A stretch of DNA of 64,000 nucleotides from a virus. Lineage: Duplodnaviria; Caudoviricetes. The stretch lies in the IMG/VR virus record IMGVR_UViG_3300029288_000081, positions 32,001 through 96,000 of that record. One strand, written 5' to 3'. Below, piece after piece: positions 26,809 through 32,643 of the stretch (position 1 is the stretch's first letter; the number at the start of each line of letters is the position of its first letter). A program made the translations under genes and the position numbers. The notes beneath the pieces were generated by a model. The model was not told the DNA's origin. It was given only the letters and a program-made list of their open reading frames with translations, and made no database searches.

Positions 26809-27042
26809 TCACTTGGCGACCTCGGGCGCCAGCTGGTGCTCCGGGCGCACTGCCACCGCGCGCTTGGCGAAGAAGGCGGCCTCCTGGAGGTGCGTGCGAA
26901 CGAGCGCCATCTCGCGACCGTCCTTGCCGCAGTGCTCTTCGAGGTCGTTGAGCAGGATGGAGAAGCAGGTGGCGATCTCACGCGCCTTCCTGATCCCATC
27001 GTGGTTGAGAACGTGAACGTCGAACTCGGGGCGAATCGTCAT
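26809..27042 (-). CDS. Acb2/Tad1-like cyclic-nucleotide sponge (anti-defence)
   Basis: Helical hairpin 'GREMALVRTHLQEAAFFAKRAVA'; AGGAG SD. Confidence 0.65.
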   Translation of the reverse strand: MTIRPEFDVHVLNHDGIRKAREIATCFSILLNDLEEHCGKDGREMALVRTHLQEAAFFAKRAVAVRPEHQLAPEVAK

Positions 27043-27052
27043 GCTTGTCTCC

Positions 27053-27691
27053 TCACGGCTTGAGCTTGCCGGCATCGAAGTCGGCGAAGGCCTTGCGCAT
27101 CTTGGCGCAGTACCCCGGGTTCACGCCGCCGTTGTACCTGCGCACGAACTCCTCGACGTCGCCCGCCCTCGCGGCCGCGAGCGCCTTCGGGTTGCTGAGC
27201 AGCCACGCGCCGAGCAGCTTGTCCGAGACCCCCGCCGGGTCGGCGTCGAACGCTGCGACGGCTGCGTTCGCCTCCGGAGCGGTGTCCATCGGGCCCGTGC
27301 CCAGCGCCTTCGGGAACGAGCCTCCGAGCTGCTGGTAGGAACCCCACGAGGACGACAGGACGGCCGAGACCGGGTCGAGCTTCCGTGCTGACTCGAACGC
27401 CTCGCGGTTGGTCTCCATGGCGCTCGACGAGGCCGAGCGAGGCTTGCCGTCTCGGGTGGTGCCGGGTGTGTACGGGACCTTGCCGTTGGCCCACGCGTCG
27501 CCACGCATCTGAGCGGCAGCGACCACCCTGGTTCCTCGGGGAATCTCCCGCACGAGGTCCGAGCGGTACCGCTGGAACAGGTGCGGCTCGAAGCGCACCG
27601 CAGCGGGGTTGCCTCCGCTCTCGACGACGCGCACGCCCACGAGGAAGCGGATCGGGCACTTGGTGCGGTCGGCGACGGCCTGGAGGCTCAT
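27053..27691 (-). CDS. N-acetylmuramidase (DUF3380-type) endolysin
   Basis: VESGG, RFEPHLF, SSSWGSYQQLG, FVRRYNG. Confidence 0.85.
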   Translation of the reverse strand: MSLQAVADRTKCPIRFLVGVRVVESGGNPAAVRFEPHLFQRYRSDLVREIPRGTRVVAAAQMRGDAWANGKVPYTPGTTRDGKPRSASSSAMETNREAFESARKLDPVSAVLSSSWGSYQQLGGSFPKALGTGPMDTAPEANAAVAAFDADPAGVSDKLLGAWLLSNPKALAAARAGDVEEFVRRYNGGVNPGYCAKMRKAFADFDAGKLKP

Positions 27692-27838
27692 GTCGACCTG
27701 TCTGACAGGTTCCAGGGAGAAGGTCAAGAACCGAAGAGGATGATGGTCTTGCTCTGGTCCCGGAGCTGCGGCATGCTCTGGTTTCACGCTTTGCCGCAAG
27801 GTGGAGCACAGCCCCCCGCTGGCTCGGGGGAGTCACCC

Positions 27839-27877
27839 AGGGGCCCCCCACCATTCATCGGGGGGCCCCTTTTCTTT
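27839..27877 (+). terminator. GC-rich hairpin with U-tract at the distal end of the tRNA array
   Basis: AGGGGCCCCCC/GGGGGGCCCCT stem followed by TTTCTTT on the + strand; abuts the CCA of the last tRNA. Confidence 0.7.
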
Positions 27878-27965
27878 GGCTTGCGGAGCTGGGCTCGAAC
27901 CAGCGACCCGGTGAGGGGCACGAGATCCAAAGGCTCGCCGCGAGTACCGACATCGCCATCCGCAA
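27877..27965 (-). tRNA. tRNA-Gln(TTG) with long variable arm, CCA encoded
   Basis: TTGCGGA/TCCGCAA acceptor, loop CTTTGGA, G73-CCA. Confidence 0.75.
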
Positions 27966-28038
27966 CGCAGCGTGCCGGAGTCGAACCGAGCCTGGCGAGG
28001 TTGAAAGCCCCGCGACCTCCCACGAAGTCGAACGCTGC
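27966..28038 (-). tRNA. tRNA-Glu(TTC)
   Basis: Cloverleaf, loop CTTTCAA. Confidence 0.8.
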
Positions 28039-28041
28039 AAG

Positions 28042-28114
28042 AGCCCCCAGCCGGTCTCGATCCGGCGACCGCCGGTTTACAAAACCGGTGCTCTGCCAAC
28101 TGAGCTATGGAGGC
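28042..28114 (-). tRNA. tRNA-Thr(TGT)
   Basis: Loop TTTGTAA; T-loop ATCGAGA. Confidence 0.85.
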
Positions 28115-28121
28115 GAAGGAG

Positions 28122-28193
28122 AGCCTCCACCCGGACGTGCGCCGGGCTCTCTCGCTTACGAAGCGAGCGCGTCGCTATCTACGCTTTGGAGGC
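28122..28193 (-). tRNA. tRNA-Thr(CGT)
   Basis: Loop TTCGTAA; atypical T-loop CGCACGT. Confidence 0.75.
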
Positions 28194-28258
28194 GGAACGT
28201 TTGAGGGCCCTGGATGAGGGCCAGGTGACCTGAGCCAACTAGTCGAACAGGACAGAAG

Positions 28259-28344
28259 CGGAAGTTGGAGGGCACGATCCCCACACCGTGAAGGTGCGCA
28301 CCGCCTAGCAAGCGGGCTCGGCGCCACTCGCCGATTCAACTTCC
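28259..28344 (-). tRNA. tRNA-Ser(GCT), 8/4 fold
   Basis: GGAAGTTG/CAACTTCC 8-bp acceptor, 4-bp T-stem, long V-arm. Confidence 0.8.
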
Positions 28345-28346
28345 AA

Positions 28347-28429
28347 TGGAGGACGGAGGAGTCGAACCCCTGCGCCTAAGCGCCGCCCGGTTTCGAGGCG
28401 GGTCCCGTGCCACCACGGGTTCATCCTCC
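28347..28429 (-). tRNA. tRNA-Ser(CGA), 8/4 fold
   Basis: GGAGGATG/CGTCCTCC 8-bp acceptor, 4-bp T-stem, loop CTCGAAA. Confidence 0.8.
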
Positions 28430-28590
28430 GAGATCACTCCGAACATCATCGATCAGCAGGCACGTGAACCCTGCCCCCGCCGCCAAGAGCGCGTCGAGGT
28501 CGAACCCGCAGGCCAGGCTGAACACCGCGCAGGCGGTCATGACCACCGTCGCGGTGTCCAGCAGGTCCTGCACCTTGTCGCCGCGTCGCC

Positions 28591-29103
28591 TCATGCCGCC
28601 TTACCGAAGTAGGGCTTCCACGACTCGGGGACGGTCCTGGCGTCGAACTTCTTCGGCACGACGGGCAGCCAGCCCGGCTTCCTGGGCTGCCTCTGGAGCG
28701 GCATCTTTGCCTCGTCGGGGGTGCGGTCACCCTTCTTCGAGTTGCACTTGTAGCAGGCCGCGACGATGTTCTCCCACTCGGTGCGTCCACCGCGCGAGCG
28801 CGGCAGGACGTGGTCGTAGTTGAGCTGGTGGGGCTCGAACTCCTTCCGGCAATACTGGCAGGTGTGACCGTCGCGCAGGAGCACGTTGGCCCGGGAGAAC
28901 TTGATCGACACCTTCCGCGAGCGCGTCTTGCGCGTCATGCGGATGATGCTCGGCATGTGCATGGTGATGGACGGGGACCGGATCACCTCGTCGGTTGACT
29001 CGACCGTCTCTGCCTTCTCGTCGTAGAGGAGGCAGATCGCTCGCTCCCACGAGACGACCCGGCTGGGTTGGTAGAAGGCGTCGAGGACGAGTACGCGCTG
29101 CAT
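28591..29103 (-). CDS. HNH endonuclease (McrA/HNH_5-like) inside the tRNA array
   Basis: VLVLDAFYQP, RDGHTCQYC, DHVLPRSRGG, ENIVAACYKCNSKKG. Confidence 0.92.
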   Translation of the reverse strand: MQRVLVLDAFYQPSRVVSWERAICLLYDEKAETVESTDEVIRSPSITMHMPSIIRMTRKTRSRKVSIKFSRANVLLRDGHTCQYCRKEFEPHQLNYDHVLPRSRGGRTEWENIVAACYKCNSKKGDRTPDEAKMPLQRQPRKPGWLPVVPKKFDARTVPESWKPYFGKAA

Positions 29104-29125
29104 GATGATCATCTCCGTGTGGTTG

Positions 29126-29210
29126 TGCGCGGGAGAGGAATCGAACCTCCACGTCCCGAAGGACACCGGTGTTTGAAACCGGCCCCGCCTACCTGTTACG
29201 GCACCCGCGC
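29126..29210 (-). tRNA. tRNA-Leu(CAA)
   Basis: Loop TTCAAAC, long V-arm, A73. Confidence 0.85.
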
Positions 29211-29229
29211 GGGTTGTCAGACACTACCA

Positions 29230-29312
29230 TGCGGGAAGGGAGAGTCGAACTCCCACGTCCTTTCGGACACATGGTCCTTAGCCATGCGCGCCTGCCATTC
29301 CGCCATTCCCGC
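29230..29312 (-). tRNA. tRNA-Leu(AAG)
   Basis: CATGG-CTAAGGA-CCATG anticodon arm, Leu-type body. Confidence 0.85.
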
Positions 29313-29318
29313 GAGAGA

Positions 29319-29402
29319 TGCCCCAGGGGAGAGTTGAACTCCCACGTCCTTTCGGACACACCGGTCTGAACGGTGCGCGCCTGCCAGTTCCGCCACCGGG
29401 GC
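29319..29402 (-). tRNA. tRNA-Leu(CAG)
   Basis: Loop TTCAGAC, Leu-type body. Confidence 0.85.
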
Positions 29403-29409
29403 TCGACCA

Positions 29410-29480
29410 TACACGGCCAGGGACTCGAACCCTGCTCGGCGGCGTGTGAGGCCGCTGCGTTCCCCGATCGCTAGCCGTGC
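29410..29480 (-). tRNA. tRNA-Val(CAC)
   Basis: Loop CTCACAC. Confidence 0.8.
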
Positions 29481-29483
29481 TCA

Positions 29484-29555
29484 TCGGGCTGACTGGAATC
29501 GAACCAGCAACATCCGCATCCCGAATGCGGCGGGGTACCATTCCCCTACAGCCCG
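29484..29555 (-). tRNA. tRNA-Pro(CGG)
   Basis: C1-G72, loop TTCGGGA. Confidence 0.88.
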
Positions 29556-29563
29556 GTCATGAA

Positions 29564-29634
29564 TCGCAGCGTCCGGAATCGAACCGGCGACACCCGCATA
29601 TGAAACGGGCCCTCTACCACTGAGGAACGCTGCG
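29564..29634 (-). tRNA. tRNA with CAT anticodon (Met or Ile2)
   Basis: Loop TTCATAT. Confidence 0.8.
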
Positions 29635-29635
29635 T

Positions 29636-29710
29636 TGGGAGCGGGGACTGGACTTGAACCAGCAGCCTGATGGTTATGAGCCATCCGAGGTACCATTCCT
29701 CTACCCCGCA
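29636..29710 (-). tRNA. tRNA-Met(CAT), fMet-like 1:72 mismatch, CCA encoded
   Basis: T1/T72 mismatch, loop CTCATAA. Confidence 0.8.
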
Positions 29711-29783
29711 CGCTGACGACAGGAGTTGAACCTGCATCTTCCGCCTTCGGAGGGCGGCGCTCGTCCAGTCGAGCATCGTCAGC
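29711..29783 (-). tRNA. tRNA-Arg(CCG)
   Basis: Loop CTCCGAA, A20. Confidence 0.85.
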
Positions 29784-29788
29784 AGACA

Positions 29789-29861
29789 CGTTCGCGGAGG
29801 GAGTCGAACCCACAACCACCTGATTCGTAATCAGGGGCTCATCCAGTTGAGCTTCGCGAAC
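29789..29861 (-). tRNA. tRNA-Arg(ACG)
   Basis: Loop TTACGAA, A20. Confidence 0.88.
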
Positions 29862-29867
29862 AGGAGA

Positions 29868-29938
29868 CGCAGCCGACAGGAGTTGAACCCGCACACACCG
29901 GCTTAGAACACCGGCTACCCTCCAGTGGGCACAGCTGC
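29868..29938 (-). tRNA. tRNA-Arg(TCT)
   Basis: Loop GTTCTAA. Confidence 0.75.
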
Positions 29939-29943
29939 AAGAA

Positions 29944-30028
29944 GATCGTCCGCCCGACCCCCCAGGAACCACGCCCGAGGGTAGGACCCACATCCGACCG
30001 CCTGTGGGGACGGCTCATGCGAACGATC
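29944..30028 (-). ncRNA. structured non-tRNA element in the array
   Basis: GATCGTTCGC/GCGGACGATC closing stem enclosing two hairpins. Confidence 0.45.
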
Positions 30029-30029
30029 A

Positions 30030-30099
30030 AGGCGCGAGACGGAGTCGAACCGACCTTCACCGGGTTGCAGCCGGTGTCCTTCCCAGAAGGAATCGCGCC
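30030..30099 (-). tRNA. tRNA-Cys(GCA)
   Basis: Loop CTGCAAC, U73. Confidence 0.85.
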
Positions 30100-30102
30100 A
30101 GA

Positions 30103-30173
30103 AGCGGGTGACAGGAATCGAACCTGCTCAGCTGGAGTGGAAGTCCAGAGCCTGACCATTCGGCATCACCCGC
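30103..30173 (-). tRNA. tRNA-Gly(TCC)
   Basis: GCG start, loop CTTCCAC, U73. Confidence 0.88.
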
Positions 30174-30259
30174 ACGACCGCAGAAGAGAGCGACCTCTGC
30201 GATACACACTGCCTTGCGGCAGCTCGGGGCAACCCCCGACAGCGCCTCGCCCAGCGCAG

Positions 30260-30332
30260 AGCCCCTGACCGGCATCGCACCGGCAACTTCTCGCATACCA
30301 AGCGAGCGTTCTTCTCCTAGAACTTCAGGGGC
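30260..30332 (-). tRNA. tRNA-Thr(GGT)
   Basis: Loop TTGGTAT; T-loop TGCGATG. Confidence 0.8.
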
Positions 30333-30335
30333 ACA

Positions 30336-30409
30336 TGGACCTGGAGGGCTCCGCCCCCTCCACCTCTCGGGTGCAAACCGAGCGCTCTCCTAGAATGAGC
30401 TACAGGCCC
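30336..30409 (-). tRNA. tRNA-Ala(TGC)
   Basis: G3-U70, loop TTTGCAC; T-loop GGCGGAG. Confidence 0.82.
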
Positions 30410-30415
30410 AGATAG

Positions 30416-30627
30416 TTCTGCCGGTGGGAATCGAACCCACACCATTCGCTGCTGCAATCTCTTGTTAGGAAACGCGCTTCCCTAGCGACCAGGGGGCTCC
30501 TTGCCATTCGGTGCATCCGCAACCTCTGAGACCTACCTTCACCCTCTTGCGAGGTAGCCGGCGCAGCGATGCCTTTTACGGTCGTCGGCTCCGTTTTTCC
30601 GATGCTCTTCCGTTGAGCTACGGCAGA
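30416..30627 (-). ncRNA. 212-nt tRNA-framed RNA (acceptor, D and T arms with about 140 extra nt in place of a normal anticodon arm)
   Basis: TCTGCCG/CGGCAGA acceptor, TAGCTCAACGGAAGAGC D-arm, GTGGGTTCGATTCCCAC T-arm. Confidence 0.75.
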
Positions 30628-30700
30628 TCGTCGCGCCGGGTTCCGCCCCCGGGGCCTCCTGCTTGTCGAGCAGGTGCTCTTCTACCTGAGCTACGCGACG
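30628..30700 (-). tRNA. tRNA-Val(GAC)
   Basis: Loop TCGACAA (C33); T-loop GGCGGAA. Confidence 0.75.
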
Positions 30701-30707
30701 AACGAGA

Positions 30708-30780
30708 TAGGCGCACCGGGACTCGAACCCGGACTCTCTCCCTTATCAGGGGAGCGCTCTGACCATTGAACCATGCGCCA
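30708..30780 (-). tRNA. tRNA-Ile(GAT)
   Basis: Loop CTGATAA. Confidence 0.85.
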
Positions 30781-30785
30781 TCGAA

Positions 30786-30858
30786 CGCTCGGGGCAGGAT
30801 TTGAACCCGCGTCGGCCTCTTTAGGAAAGAGGAGCCTGATCCGCTAGGCTACCCGAGC
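30786..30858 (-). tRNA. tRNA-Arg(CCT)
   Basis: Loop TTCCTAA, A20. Confidence 0.88.
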
Positions 30859-30861
30859 AAG

Positions 30862-30935
30862 GGTGATCGACCGGACTTGAACCGGCTTGGACTGCGGCCA
30901 CAACGCAGCGCCTCGACTCTTCGGCCTCGACCACC
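30862..30935 (-). tRNA. tRNA-His(GTG)
   Basis: G-1/C73, loop TTGTGGC. Confidence 0.85.
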
Positions 30936-30950
30936 ATGACTATCAGAGAG

Positions 30951-31022
30951 AGCGGGCGACCGGAATCGAACCGGCTGGTTCCACCATGGCAAGGTGGCGT
31001 CCTACCTTAGAACATCGCCCGC
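30951..31022 (-). tRNA. tRNA-Gly(GCC)
   Basis: Loop TTGCCAT, U73. Confidence 0.85.
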
Positions 31023-31026
31023 AGAG

Positions 31027-31098
31027 CGCCTCGTAGGCGGAATCGAACCCCTCTCAACCGCTCGACAAGCGGCCCGCCACCCAGCAGCGTCACGAGGC
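31027..31098 (-). tRNA. tRNA-Asp(GTC)
   Basis: Loop TTGTCGA, G73. Confidence 0.75.
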
Positions 31099-31101
31099 AG
31101 A

Positions 31102-31166
31102 AGACCGATGCGTTCCGACGGTGCCTTCCAACTTCGCTGGATGCGTCCCACCGGTGCCTTCGGTCT
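31102..31166 (-). ncRNA. two-fold symmetric structured spacer RNA
   Basis: AGACCGA/TCGGTCT closing stem; two copies of GAAGGCACCG-NN-GG(G/A)ACGCATC. Confidence 0.5.
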
Positions 31167-31167
31167 A

Positions 31168-31239
31168 TGCCCACCCGTGGAGTTGAACCACGTCCTCCCG
31201 ATTTTCAGTCGGGCGCTACTCCGCGTTAGCTTGGTGGGC
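31168..31239 (-). tRNA. tRNA-Phe(GAA)
   Basis: Loop CTGAAAA. Confidence 0.85.
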
Positions 31240-31623
31240 GTTCTTCTTCTTTTCGCGCCATGCGCGCTGGTACTCGCGACTCGCGAGCACGCACAGGTCG
31301 CAGCGGCAACCTCGATGGCGATACGTTGCAATAGTTCCGTGTTGTCCCAGTGGCCGGTGCCCAAGATCGATCCGCGTCTTCTTCTCGTGACACCGCTTGC
31401 ACAGCAGCTGGCACATCTTCAGTTCCTTCATGAACTTCGGTAGTCCAACTGACCGCATGTGCTCGAAGCTCATCGTCTTCTTGTGCGGGTCAACGTGATC
31501 GACATGAAGACTCGTCTTCGAGGCACACGCGGCGCACTTGCCGCCCAAAAACTTCAGCGCAATCGCCCGACGCTCGTGGTATCGGCGCTTCATGTAGATG
31601 CGCATGTACTCGTTCGACGGCAT
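31216..31623 (-). CDS. HNH endonuclease inside the tRNA array
   Basis: LGGKCAAC, LHVDHVDP, ELKMCQLLCKRCH, HGT..Y...GCRCDLC; stop codon lies inside tRNA-Phe. Confidence 0.88.
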   Translation of the reverse strand: MPSNEYMRIYMKRRYHERRAIALKFLGGKCAACASKTSLHVDHVDPHKKTMSFEHMRSVGLPKFMKELKMCQLLCKRCHEKKTRIDLGHRPLGQHGTIATYRHRGCRCDLCVLASREYQRAWREKKKNAHQANAE

Positions 31624-31638
31624 GTCAGACAAGTACCA

Positions 31639-31709
31639 CACGTCGGCCAGGAGTCGAACCTGATCGACGACGGATTTGGAGTCCATCCGGCTACCTCAGC
31701 CTCCGACGT
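31639..31709 (-). tRNA. tRNA-Trp(CCA)
   Basis: Loop CTCCAAA, G73. Confidence 0.8.
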
Positions 31710-31713
31710 ATAG

Positions 31714-31796
31714 CTCCAGGGGCAGGAATCGAACCTGCGATGTGCTTGCGCACGAACGGTTAACGGCCGCTTGCGATACCACTTCGCGACCCTGGA
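31714..31796 (-). tRNA. tRNA-Asn(GTT) with long variable arm
   Basis: TCC start (U1-A72), loop CCGTTAA, V-arm GTGC-GCAA-GCAC, G73. Confidence 0.82.
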
Positions 31797-31836
31797 ATGT
31801 GCGAGCGCCCTCACGGACGCCCGCGTCATCATCCTC

Positions 31837-31853
31837 TTCAGTTTTCAACGACC
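31837..31853 (-). promoter_or_regulatory. rrn-type boxA-like antitermination element
   Basis: GGTCGTTGAAAACTGAA, followed by a GTGA-capped hairpin at 31801-31824. Confidence 0.55.
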
Positions 31854-31857
31854 TGAG

Positions 31858-31928
31858 TTCCGAGACAGAGGGTCGAACTCCGATTGCCTGAGCCAGAGTC
31901 AGGCGTCCTGCCATTAGACGATCTCGGA
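31858..31928 (-). tRNA. tRNA-Gln(CTG)
   Basis: U1-A72, loop CTCTGGC. Confidence 0.85.
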
Positions 31929-32002
31929 TGCGTTGGGTGGGGATCGAACCCACGAATCTCCCGGGTAAGAACCGGGGGCTGTTCCAATCTAGCTTCCAAC
32001 GC
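31929..32002 (-). tRNA. tRNA-Lys(CTT)
   Basis: Loop TTCTTAC. Confidence 0.82.
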
Positions 32003-32011
32003 GAACGATCA

Positions 32012-32084
32012 TGGGAGCGAAGAGACTCGAACTCTCACAGTCTTGGGTAAAGGCCAAGTGCCCGGCCAGTTGGGCGACGCTCCC
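32012..32084 (-). tRNA. tRNA-Lys(TTT)
   Basis: Loop CCTTTAC (C33). Confidence 0.82.
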
Positions 32085-32088
32085 GCGC

Positions 32089-32277
32089 TCAGGCCGCGGC
32101 GCGTTTCAGAACCTCTCTGCCGTCGATGCCGAGGATGGTCCTCCTGTCGGCCTCCGACATGCCCGCCCACAGCGCGTCGACCTCGTCCTGATGACGATCT
32201 GCCTCGTCGTTGCCGCGCGCCTGCCGCAGACGCTCTCGCGCCGTCCGGTACCTCTCCACGATGTGATGCGTCGCCAT
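32089..32277 (-). CDS. small hypothetical protein within the tRNA array
   Basis: 62-aa ORF with a purine-rich upstream region. Confidence 0.5.
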   Translation of the reverse strand: MATHHIVERYRTARERLRQARGNDEADRHQDEVDALWAGMSEADRRTILGIDGREVLKRAAA

Positions 32278-32299
32278 GACCGTTCTTCTCTCTCTGCTC

Positions 32300-32379
32300 T
32301 GGAGCCGGCCGGAATCGAACCGACTATGCCCGAAGGCGCCTGATTTACAGTCAGGTGGAGCCCATGCCCCCTCGACTCC
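32300..32379 (-). tRNA. tRNA-Tyr(GTA)
   Basis: Loop CTGTAAA, long V-arm, A73. Confidence 0.85.
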
Positions 32380-32380
32380 G

Positions 32381-32418
32381 AAACGAAGAAGGCCACCCGG
32401 TTTCCCTGGGTGGCCTTC
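32381..32418 (-). terminator. intrinsic terminator/attenuator directly 5' of the first tRNA
   Basis: GAAGGCCACCC/GGGTGGCCTTC stem followed by TTCGTTT. Confidence 0.7.
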
Positions 32419-32571
32419 GTAGATGCTTGGACTCCTGGTCCTTCTACGTTGGCTCACCCGTCGCGATGTAGGGCTTGCGATTGTGCGTATCCTGGGTCCC
32501 CTGGACCAGACGCACTTCACCGGCTCCGCCGCGAAGGCAGAGACCGCTGAAGCTCATCGACATGGACCTGG

Positions 32572-32619
32572 TGTCGGACACGATGTGGAATGTATGGCAG
32601 ACGCCACGAGGGAGGTCAA
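32572..32619 (-). promoter_or_regulatory. tRNA-array promoter with downstream TGTCCGACA operator
   Basis: A-rich UP region, TTGACC-17-CATACA. Confidence 0.65.
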
Positions 32620-32643
32620 GAGTTTTCTTTCGACCCACGAACA

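Noticed and set aside
30563-30573. 11-nt complementarity between the long RNA (GGCATCGCTGC) and the GCAGCGATGCC hairpin in the Pth2 mRNA
   Set aside because: The segment is already explained by intramolecular pairing with GCAGCGA near its own T-arm; a trans interaction is unsupported.
30416-30627. tmRNA or group I intron interpretation of the long tRNA-like RNA
   Set aside because: No GGG start or G3-U70 Ala identity, a full D-stem is present, no tag-like ORF ending in Ala-Ala, and no recognisable group I core in about 140 nt.
29169-31443. Short ORFs called across the tRNA array
   Set aside because: They are translations of tRNA sequence, without SD sites or codon bias.
27877-32379. Stop-codon reassignment or suppressor tRNA
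   Set aside because: No CTA, TCA or TTA anticodon found, and genes terminate normally at TAG and TGA.
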